Positions 54,960-63,109 of a stretch of 64,000 nucleotides of DNA are shown here, one piece after another. How positions within the stretch are numbered: the first letter of the stretch is position 1; the number at the start of each line of letters is the position of its first letter. The stretch is from Opitutales bacterium. GTDB lineage: Bacteria; Verrucomicrobiota; Verrucomicrobiia; Opitutales; JAJFLR01. Both the position numbers and the translations under genes were made by a program. Location: positions 17,621 to 81,620 of the forward strand of contig JAJFLR010000035.1 of the NCBI GenBank assembly GCA_021772565.1, read 5' to 3'. The notes below the pieces were generated by a model, which saw only the letters and a program-made list of their open reading frames with translations, made no database searches and had not been told where the DNA came from.

Positions 54960-55793
54960 TTATGAACTATGCTTTAATCTTGTCCAAGCAGAAACTTTCC
55001 ACATCCAAATAAATAATATACCAAATAATAGTGCACAAATATTTAATTTGATACTAAATTTTAAAATGTTATTTTTTTCTGACAAAAAGTTGTTTTCCCA
55101 TTGAGTTAATACATTATCTCCATTCTTAATCAGTTCATTTTTTAAAAACAACTTCACAGACTCTATACTTTCGTCAGGTTTAATTTTCATTCTGTCTTGT
55201 AAATTTTTAAGCAAATTTGCCGATGCTGAAATTTGTAAAAGTACATCTTTTGATTCAGCTTCCATAATAACAGTTTCACCTTTTACTATGTTATCACTTA
55301 TTATCGCTCTTTTATTAGTATACTCTTCAGTTTTTGACTTAAACAAACGATCAGTATCTCTAATCCCAAGAGGTATTATCATCAAATATATAACTCCTAA
55401 AACTAAACTTAACCAAGAAATTAATGCCTTTGATTTTAAATTTATAAATGTCATTGTTGGTGGTTTATTGAATAAAATTAATCCAATTCCTGAAAAAGTA
55501 TAAACTGCGATATCAGAAATATTTACCATAACTTCAAATTCCCATTGTGTATTAGTAACATTCAGTGGCCAAATGAGAAAATAGAGCTGTAAAATTGAGT
55601 ACAAAAATAGCCCCCATCCCACTAATGGTAAAATACTGTATGGAATAAACTTTTCCTCTGAATCTTTTTTTACTAAAATTTCTTCATTGAAGTAATCCAA
55701 TATGTTATTGAACCAAGCCATCGATCCGGAATTTCTTTTTAATTTTGAACTTCTTGATCTGGGTTCATCAGAGTAATCTTCATGATCAGTCAT
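54960..55793 (-). CDS. Integral membrane protein of unknown function, adjacent to exosortase
   Basis: 277 aa. Charged N-terminus (MTDHEDYSDEPRSRSSKLKR), about 4 central helices, a coiled-coil-like segment and a C-terminal helix. Its stop lies 17 nt before the exosortase start, downstream on the minus strand. Confidence 0.5.
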   Translation of the reverse strand: MTDHEDYSDEPRSRSSKLKRNSGSMAWFNNILDYFNEEILVKKDSEEKFIPYSILPLVGWGLFLYSILQLYFLIWPLNVTNTQWEFEVMVNISDIAVYTFSGIGLILFNKPPTMTFINLKSKALISWLSLVLGVIYLMIIPLGIRDTDRLFKSKTEEYTNKRAIISDNIVKGETVIMEAESKDVLLQISASANLLKNLQDRMKIKPDESIESVKLFLKNELIKNGDNVLTQWENNFLSEKNNILKFSIKLNICALLFGILFIWMWKVSAWTRLKHSS

Positions 55794-55967
55794 ATATATG
55801 AATATGTTAGAGATTTAATGAAAAGTTTTTATAATTAATTTATATTTAAAATATGATGAATAAATAGTTGTGCAAGACAATGTGATTTAATAATTTTTAT
55901 TTTCATACCCAATTCAAGCAATATAATTAATAATGCATATTTTAGATTTTACTTTAATTACTTCACA

Positions 55968-56741
55968 TCAATTAGTTTTATTACCTATTACATCATCAAC
56001 ATAATTTTTAAATGCTTGCTCGATTGATTGTGATAAATCTGCATATTTTTTGACAAATGAGGGGATTTTCCCTTGCGTCAGACCAAGTAAATCAGTTGAC
56101 ACCAATATTTGCCCATCACAAGACGATCCACAACCAATCCCAATTAATGGAATATCAATAGATTTTGAAATTTTTGCAGCTAATTCCGCATCTATCATTT
56201 CCCCAACAATTGCAAACGCACCGGCATCTTGTAGAAATTTAGCATCATTTATTAAATCAGTTTTGTCAGTAGCAGATTTTCCATATTTGCGATATCCACC
56301 TAACACATGATATCGTTGTGGCAATAATCCTATATGACCAACTACTGGTATACCGGCGTTTACTAATTTTGAAACCTTATCTGCCATTTCTGCTCCACCT
56401 TCAATTTTTACAGCGCCTGCACCTGCTAACTGCATCAACCTGGAACAAGAATTAAGTAATGTTTCAAAACTCTTATGTGCCACAGGAAATGGAATATCAG
56501 AGACAACCATTGCTGAAGTTTTTGCTCGAACAACGGCTGCAGTATGATGAACCATCATATCAAGTGTGACTGGAATAGTAGAATCAAATCCAAGTAATGT
56601 TGTGCCTACAGAATCACCCACTAAAATTAAATCAACATCAGCACGATCAGCAATTGTTGCAATAATAGTATCATATGCAGTGACAGCGACAATTGATCGC
56701 ACTCCTTTAAGACCAGTTATAAACTGTACATTCTTATTCAT
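55968..56741 (-). CDS. panB: 3-methyl-2-oxobutanoate hydroxymethyltransferase
   Basis: 257 aa, colinear with E. coli Pan[60 protein letters not shown]. Confidence 0.9.
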   Translation of the reverse strand: MNKNVQFITGLKGVRSIVAVTAYDTIIATIADRADVDLILVGDSVGTTLLGFDSTIPVTLDMMVHHTAAVVRAKTSAMVVSDIPFPVAHKSFETLLNSCSRLMQLAGAGAVKIEGGAEMADKVSKLVNAGIPVVGHIGLLPQRYHVLGGYRKYGKSATDKTDLINDAKFLQDAGAFAIVGEMIDAELAAKISKSIDIPLIGIGCGSSCDGQILVSTDLLGLTQGKIPSFVKKYADLSQSIEQAFKNYVDDVIGNKTN

Positions 56742-56858
56742 GTATCATCTTAATGAATCATTTAATGTATTTTGTCACTTAATAATTGAGCTCAAATTCT
56801 CAGAATTTGCGTAATAAGTGTGACAGATATAAGAATATATCCAATTGAATCCAGTTAA

Positions 56859-58574
56859 TTACTCACCCATATCAGGTGGTACGGCTGATGTAGCTTCCTC
56901 TGTAGTAGTGATTCCTTCCTTAACTTTTAATATGCTGTCTTGGTGTAAAGTCGCCATACCATTTTTAACTGCTATAGTTTTTAAAGCTTCCGTTTCTAGC
57001 CCGGCATTAATTCCCTTAATTAATTCTTTACTAGTCGCCATAAGTTCATGAATCCCAACTCTGCCTTTCATACCAGTACCTCCACAATTTGGACATCCAT
57101 TTTCTTTTGCCTTATATATTTTCCCATTCCAATTGATTGCTCTTTTTATAATCTCCGCTTCGTTGCCCTCAGGAGTATAGGCTACTTTACAAGTTTTACA
57201 AACCCGACGAATTAAGCGTTGAGCACATACACAAACAATTGATGCAGAAATCATAAATGGTTCTACGCTCATATCTGTTAACCGAGAGATTGTCCCTGGT
57301 GCATCATTGGTATGAAGTGTACTAAAAAGCATATGTCCGGTCAACGCAGCCTCAACTGCAATTCCCGCAGTTTCCTGGTCCCTGATTTCCCCTACCAAAA
57401 TAATATCCGGATCTTGTCTTAAATAAGCCCTTAATGCAGCAGCAAATGTTAGACCTATTTTACTATTCATCTGCATCTGGCAGAGACCGGGCAGTGTATA
57501 TTCAATCGGATCTTCGGCGGTACGTATGCAGGTATCAGGTGTGTTTATCTCATTCAGAGCCGAATAGAGCGTCATTGACTTACCAGAACCGGTTGGCCCG
57601 CAATGTAAAACCATCCCGTAAGGACGTTGAATCAGTTCTCTATATAAAGCTAAATTATTCTCAGAAAATCCTAATGCCGGTAGTGGCAAAGTACTTTTTT
57701 GTTTATCAAGAATACGCATCACACATCCTTCCCCATGATTAAGAGGGGCTGTTGAAACACGCAAATCAACATCAATACCCTTTTTATTAAATTGCTTAAA
57801 TATTATTCGGCCGTCCTGAGGTAAACGCTTTTGGGCAATATCAAGATTGGCCATAACTTTCAGACGTGCCATTAGTGCACCCGTTACTTTTGACGGTAAA
57901 ATTAATTTTTCCATCAACACACCATCAACTCTAACACGAACTCTTGCAGTAATTTCAAATGGTTCAATATGAATATCACTTCCACCTGAATAGTAAGCCT
58001 CTTCAATAATTCGGTTTGCCAGTTGAATAATTGGAGCTGACTCTTCTTCTAGCTGGTCTTCGTCAATACCATCTTCAGAGTCATCAGATATATTCAACTG
58101 ATCGACTACATCTCCAAATCCAATCTCTTGATGTCCCTCATCTTTAACTTTTAAATTTTTATCGATGTCCTTCTCAAGAGCAAGAAGTGTTGAAACTTTA
58201 AGTTTAGTTAATTCGTGAACTTTATTAGTAACAGCAGAATTAAATGGATTTGACAATGCGATGACAATGAAACTTCCAACAGTACCTACGGGCAAAATTT
58301 TATTTTCAATACAAAATTCGCGTTCCAATTTTTCGAATGTACGTTCATCAACTTTAAAATTGCTGGCATTAAATGGACTTAAATTAAATGCTTTACTTTT
58401 AGCTACTAAAATTTGGAAGTCATTCAAATTATACTCCTCAATCAGGAGTTTTTCCATCTCATCTCCCGACAATTCATTGGTAGTATTTTTTATATCTTTA
58501 GTTCGATCATCCGAAAGCAGTCCGAGTTCATTCAGTTTATTAATTATAGATGTTTGAATTCGAGCGAGAGCCAT
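56859..58574 (-). CDS. GspE/PilB-family secretion/pilus-assembly ATPase, full length with T2SSE_N-type N-terminal domain
   Basis: 571 aa. [47 protein letters not shown]. The N-terminal 140 aa have the T2SSE_N pattern ([23 protein letters not shown]). Confidence 0.9.
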   Translation of the reverse strand: MALARIQTSIINKLNELGLLSDDRTKDIKNTTNELSGDEMEKLLIEEYNLNDFQILVAKSKAFNLSPFNASNFKVDERTFEKLEREFCIENKILPVGTVGSFIVIALSNPFNSAVTNKVHELTKLKVSTLLALEKDIDKNLKVKDEGHQEIGFGDVVDQLNISDDSEDGIDEDQLEEESAPIIQLANRIIEEAYYSGGSDIHIEPFEITARVRVRVDGVLMEKLILPSKVTGALMARLKVMANLDIAQKRLPQDGRIIFKQFNKKGIDVDLRVSTAPLNHGEGCVMRILDKQKSTLPLPALGFSENNLALYRELIQRPYGMVLHCGPTGSGKSMTLYSALNEINTPDTCIRTAEDPIEYTLPGLCQMQMNSKIGLTFAAALRAYLRQDPDIILVGEIRDQETAGIAVEAALTGHMLFSTLHTNDAPGTISRLTDMSVEPFMISASIVCVCAQRLIRRVCKTCKVAYTPEGNEAEIIKRAINWNGKIYKAKENGCPNCGGTGMKGRVGIHELMATSKELIKGINAGLETEALKTIAVKNGMATLHQDSILKVKEGITTTEEATSAVPPDMGE

Positions 58575-58591
58575 AAATTATTTTTTTATTT

Positions 58592-59101
58592 CTAGGATGA
58601 TACTTTATTTTTATTATCAATCATATGTTCAGATAATTGTTCTAACATCAGTCCAATATTGGAAATATCTGAAACATACCAGATAATATCGCCATTAAGT
58701 TTTTCTTCCCAAAATTTTCTGACATATGGACTCAAATAATATGCAGAGCTAATAAAATAATATCCACTCACAAAGTCAAATGGAATTGACCACGTGGCCC
58801 AACAATCTTCAACATCAATAGTTAAGAGTGTATTTTGATCTAAATTATAACTCGGCAAAAAACAATACCCCAAGTCTAATTCTTCGATTTGATATTCAAT
58901 CAATTTTGTTTCATTTAAAACCTGAAGATCAAATAGTAGACATTTTAATAGTGATGCTTCTTTAATATCAGTTGATCTCAATTTCTTCATTAACGACAAA
59001 TTAGCTGATTCAAGATCTGATATTTTTATCAAATTAGAATCAACAAGTTGAGAGCCCAATGTGCGATTTGATTTTAGTAGTAGTCCTTTTGTGTTATTCA
59101 T
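58592..59101 (-). CDS. Stand-alone T2SSE_N/MshEN-like domain protein
   Basis: 169 aa. RTLGSQLVDSNLIKISDLESANLSL resembles the start of GspE N-terminal domains. ..CWATWSIPFDFVSGYYFISSAYYLSP.. fits the beta-strand core. Its stop lies 17 nt before the ATPase start, downstream on the minus strand. Confidence 0.45.
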   Translation of the reverse strand: MNNTKGLLLKSNRTLGSQLVDSNLIKISDLESANLSLMKKLRSTDIKEASLLKCLLFDLQVLNETKLIEYQIEELDLGYCFLPSYNLDQNTLLTIDVEDCWATWSIPFDFVSGYYFISSAYYLSPYVRKFWEEKLNGDIIWYVSDISNIGLMLEQLSEHMIDNKNKVSS

Positions 59102-59303
59102 AATTATTCCCCCTATTAGCGTTATTAAGTATCAGATATTATAATTAAATTTGATCTTCAAATTCAATAATCAGTATAACTAATGAATGGAAAAATTCAA
59201 CGTGACTCCAATCAAAATCTTGGTAAAAAAATATAAATTTTTTAAAATAAGACTGCAAAAAATTAGCTTATAAATTAACATTAAAACTCTTGTTAATACG
59301 CGG

Positions 59304-59340
59304 TTAAAAAAATTGAACTACAACTATTTCAATCTTTTTA
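59304..59340 (-). terminator. Candidate AT-rich intrinsic terminator after the bilin-reductase-like gene
   Basis: Minus strand just after the stop reads AAAAAGATTGAA-ATAGTTGTAG-TTCAATTTTTTT (ATTGAA/TTCAAT stem followed by a T run). The stem is weak and AT-only. Confidence 0.3.
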
Positions 59341-59342
59341 AA

Positions 59343-60035
59343 CTAAGTAAATAAGTATTTTGAAAGGAAAGTATTAGCCCATTTATTTCCAAATTTTTTA
59401 TATAACAGAGGAAGTCCCGGGCTATTTATTTTATGATGCTTTTTATAGTTATTAATTGAATTGAAATTTTCTTTGATAGAAGAAATATTTAAAGGTGAAG
59501 CAGATGAAAGAATGTTAATATAATCGTGAAGTAAATCTGGTAAAAATTCATTTAAAATAAATATTTCATTCAAATTTTCAGGTCTAATAAATAGATCATT
59601 ACCAGACCTACATTCTAAATACCAGTCAGGCATTTTATCACTATATGATATTGCTGAATATTTAGTCTTATACTTTATTAAAATTTCTTTGGCTGTTGCG
59701 GCAACAATAGGAGACACAAGTATTGGTTTTATATCTATAACTGCGACGATAGGTTTGGCACCAAAGACAACAAACTCCATTGCAAATATGGGAATATTCC
59801 AATCTGCATTTGGGAAAAAGAAAATATTAATTATATCCAAATTTTTCGAGCTGATATTAACCAATCGAAATTCTCCTTTATTGAGAAAATTATAAAATGC
59901 TGCTGATAAAATTATTTCAGACCTATTTCCTCCTACAACTTTTGTTGAATACTCTGATGGTAGTTTAATTTCGAGACCACCTGTTTCAATAATCAAAGAT
60001 ATACAGTGATCGAGCAATTTTTTGAATAGACACAT
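59343..60035 (-). CDS. Ferredoxin-dependent bilin reductase family homologue (PcyA-like, divergent)
   Basis: 230 aa, colinear by eye with Synechocystis PcyA. [25 protein letters not shown] vs [34 protein letters not shown] vs VSAAIADLSP. LFIRPEN vs [25 protein letters not shown] vs LEKAFGEAWAERYMSQVLF. Confidence 0.75.
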   Translation of the reverse strand: [230 protein letters not shown]

Positions 60036-60092
60036 ATATAAATATGAATGAATCTTGATTTCTGATTATTAAATCAATTAACAGTTAATTAA

Positions 60093-62864
60093 CTAGTTAA
60101 TATTTTCTAACAATCTTTTAAATTCATTGTATTTTAAATTTGCTTCAGCATGTTGCTTTTTTGCCCCTTCAACAATATGTACAGGAGCTTTGTTTATAAA
60201 TTTATTGTCGTTTAATTTATTTTCTCCAGCCAGAATTATTTTTTCCAGCTTAGTAAGTTCTTTTTTCAATCTAAGTATTTCCGATTCAGTATCGATTGAT
60301 TCTGCAAGATCTAAATAAAGCGTTCCCAACTTGGTAACCGCGGCAGGAATCTCTTTCTCTATTTTATCTTGAAGGCATAATGAAGATGCGCCGGCTAGTT
60401 TTTGAAATGTTTCTTGATTTGACTCAATAAAGCTAACGTTGCATTTTTCCGGGACTATTATAAACTTAACATCATTTTTTCCCGCCAACTTATTTGCAGC
60501 TTTTAATGAACGTGCATTCACTACAAGTTCCTTCAAATATTCCACATGCTTAATAGATTTCGCGTCTAATATTATATCGTTCGCCAAGAAACTATTTATT
60601 AATTGTTGATGACTCTCAATCTCGCAACTAGAAATTGTTTTCTCATTATTTTTATAACTAAGTAACTCCCATAATTCATCAGTAATATGAGGCGTAATTG
60701 GATTAATCAACATGAGCACTTGTCTGATGATCAAATCCTGTATTGCCAAACAATTATCTATCTTTGACTCCATCTGTAATTTAGTTTTTGAAACCTCCAC
60801 ATACCAGTCACAGAAATCACCCCAAAAAAATGTATGCAATAATTGAGTTAACAAGTTAAACTCGTATGAGTTGTAAGCATTATCTATGTCATTGATTAAT
60901 TGAATTAAGCGGGATAATATCCAATGATCATAGTCATCAAAACAACCTGGTTCAATTCGCTGAATAATTGATTCGATACTGCTGTTATCATACATCGATC
61001 CGCTCATTTGACGAAAACGACAAGCATTCCACAATTTATTACAAAAATTTCTCCCTAATGTTATTCTATCGTCACTAAATAAAATATCCTGTCCTTTGGG
61101 AGCTATGCTCATAATACCAAACCGCAAACCATCTGCTCCAAATTTTTCGATTAAATCTAAAGGATCTGGAGAATTACCAAGTGATTTTGACATCTTTCGG
61201 CCTTTAATGTCTCTAATAATACCAGTAAAATAGACATTTCTAAAAGGTATACGTTTATTCAAATCAGTTTCAGTTAACGGAGATTTTGAATCTTCTATAT
61301 CTAAATCAGTACCCTCACCCATAAATTCCAAACCAGCCATAATCATCCGTGCGACCCAAAAGAAAATAATGTCAGGGCCGGTAACTAAATCTGTTGTCGG
61401 ATAAAAATATTCGAGGCCCAGTTTTTTTATTTCTTTAGATTCCGGCCAACCCATTGTAGCAAATGGCCAAAGCCAGGATGATGCCCATGTATCGAGCACA
61501 TCATCATCTTGTTCCCAATTTTCAGGATCAGATGGACCATCAATTGAAATATGCCAGTTTGATTTAATTTTTCGATCACACCCCTTTTTATACCAAACAG
61601 GAATTCTGTGTCCCCACCAAAGTTGTCTGGAAATACACCAGTCTTGAATATTATCAAGCCAGTGAAGATAAGTCTTTTCCCAACGTTTAGGCCAAAATTT
61701 AATATACCCGTCTTTGACGACTCGTTTTGCCTCTTCTACCTTTGGGTATTTGAGAAACCATTGCTCTGAAATACGTGGCTCTATAGGCACATTTCCACGT
61801 TCAGAATAACCAACATTATTTTCATATTCTTCTTTATCTATCAGTAACTCCAAATCATCCAGTTTATCGACAGCTAGTTTTCGCGCCTTAAAACGATCCA
61901 ATCCATTGAAATCTTCACCAGCCAATTCATTTAAAGTAGCATCAGGATTAAAAACATCAATTACCGGTAAATTATGTCGAATACCAATTTCAAAATCCAT
62001 TGAATCATGAGCAGGTGTAACTTTCAGAACACCCGTTCCAAAATCTTGGTCGACTGCTTCATCAGCAATAATTGGAATTTTTTCTTTTGGAAACGGTCTC
62101 CATATCTGCTGACCAATATATTGCTTATAACGGTTATCTTCAGGATTTACGGCAACAGCAGTATCCCCCATAATTGTTTCTGGTCGAGTGGTAGATATCT
62201 CCAAATATTTTCCTGGTGTATCGACAAGCTCGTAACGCATCTTATAAAAGATTCCTTTTTGAGGTTTCATGATAACTTCTTCATCACTCAGGGCGGTAAG
62301 GCTAACTGGACACCAGTTTACCATTCGTTTACCTCTGTATATATAACCACGCTCATACAGTTTAACAAAGGCAGTTAAAACAGCCTTAGAGTATTTTTCA
62401 TCCAATGTGAAAACATTACGATTCCAATCACAAGAGGCACCTAACTTGTTAAGCTGATCGAGAATGATTCCGCCATGTTTTTCCTTCCATTTCCAAACAT
62501 GTTGAAGAAATTTTTGACGGCCTAAATCATGTCGATTCTTTCCTTCATCCTTTTTTAATACTTTTTCAACTTTAGTTTGTGTAGCTATACCAGCATGATC
62601 TGTTCCCGGCAACCACATTACTGACTTACCTTTTAAGCGTGCTCTTCGAGCAAGTATATCCTGAATTGTATTATTCAGAACATGTCCCATAGTAAGAATG
62701 CCAGTTACATTTGGGGGCGGAATTACAATACTGTATGATTCGCGATTTTTATCAATTTTTCCTGCAAAAATATTATTCGATAGCCAAATTTCACGCCACT
62801 TTGGCTCAACTTGTTTAGGATCGTATGCTTTATGAATTTCAGTCATATTTTGTCGTTGAATCAA
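60093..62864 (-). CDS. valS: Valine--tRNA ligase
   Basis: 923 aa. PPPNVTGILTMGHVLNNTIQD (HIGH-type), GRKMSKSLGNSPDP (KMSKS), and a C-terminal coiled coil. The true start may be the ATG 18 nt downstream (MTEIHKAYDP). Confidence 0.95.
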   Translation of the reverse strand: MIQRQNMTEIHKAYDPKQVEPKWREIWLSNNIFAGKIDKNRESYSIVIPPPNVTGILTMGHVLNNTIQDILARRARLKGKSVMWLPGTDHAGIATQTKVEKVLKKDEGKNRHDLGRQKFLQHVWKWKEKHGGIILDQLNKLGASCDWNRNVFTLDEKYSKAVLTAFVKLYERGYIYRGKRMVNWCPVSLTALSDEEVIMKPQKGIFYKMRYELVDTPGKYLEISTTRPETIMGDTAVAVNPEDNRYKQYIGQQIWRPFPKEKIPIIADEAVDQDFGTGVLKVTPAHDSMDFEIGIRHNLPVIDVFNPDATLNELAGEDFNGLDRFKARKLAVDKLDDLELLIDKEEYENNVGYSERGNVPIEPRISEQWFLKYPKVEEAKRVVKDGYIKFWPKRWEKTYLHWLDNIQDWCISRQLWWGHRIPVWYKKGCDRKIKSNWHISIDGPSDPENWEQDDDVLDTWASSWLWPFATMGWPESKEIKKLGLEYFYPTTDLVTGPDIIFFWVARMIMAGLEFMGEGTDLDIEDSKSPLTETDLNKRIPFRNVYFTGIIRDIKGRKMSKSLGNSPDPLDLIEKFGADGLRFGIMSIAPKGQDILFSDDRITLGRNFCNKLWNACRFRQMSGSMYDNSSIESIIQRIEPGCFDDYDHWILSRLIQLINDIDNAYNSYEFNLLTQLLHTFFWGDFCDWYVEVSKTKLQMESKIDNCLAIQDLIIRQVLMLINPITPHITDELWELLSYKNNEKTISSCEIESHQQLINSFLANDIILDAKSIKHVEYLKELVVNARSLKAANKLAGKNDVKFIIVPEKCNVSFIESNQETFQKLAGASSLCLQDKIEKEIPAAVTKLGTLYLDLAESIDTESEILRLKKELTKLEKIILAGENKLNDNKFINKAPVHIVEGAKKQHAEANLKYNEFKRLLENIN

Positions 62865-63109
62865 TTTATAGATTTTATCATATTGTAAATTTTATAAGCA
62901 GTGGAATGATAATAAAACTATACACAAGAAAAAAGATTTTTTATAACTATCATCAAATATACTAATTACTTACTCTGGAATATAGTAAATGTGCATGTTA
63001 ATTAAGTAGTTCTACAAATTATATAAGAATAAAGATTGTATCTATAAATTTATATAACATATTTATTTTGTATCTGATTCAATTTCAACTCACAGAAGAT
63101 TAATTCTTA

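Noticed and set aside
56773-56825. Imperfect inverted repeat TGTCACTTA..TAAGTGTGACA enclosing the palindrome TTGAGCTCAA, between the ATPase stop and the panB start
   Set aside because: The arms are short and interrupted, there is no flanking T run, and it is within chance expectation. It might be an operator but nothing supports that.
58592-59101. Idea that the 169-aa ORF next to the bilin-reductase homologue is a bilin-binding globin (phycobiliprotein-like)
   Set aside because: The size fits, but the sequence pattern (LGxxLV..LI start, beta-strand core WSIPFDFVSGYYFISSAYY) matches GspE N-terminal domains, not an all-helical globin. It is also separated from the reductase gene by 241 nt.
53323-62864. 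Cyanobacterial (for example Prochlorococcus-like) origin, suggested by low G+C, an exosortase, a pilus ATPase and an FDBR homologue
   Set aside because: The ValRS has the GHxLNNTIQD / GGIILxQLxKLGASCDW pattern rather than the GSLHMGHAFEH-type pattern I recall for cyanobacteria. There are no photosynthesis genes, and the FDBR homologue lacks the cyanobacterial catalytic residues.
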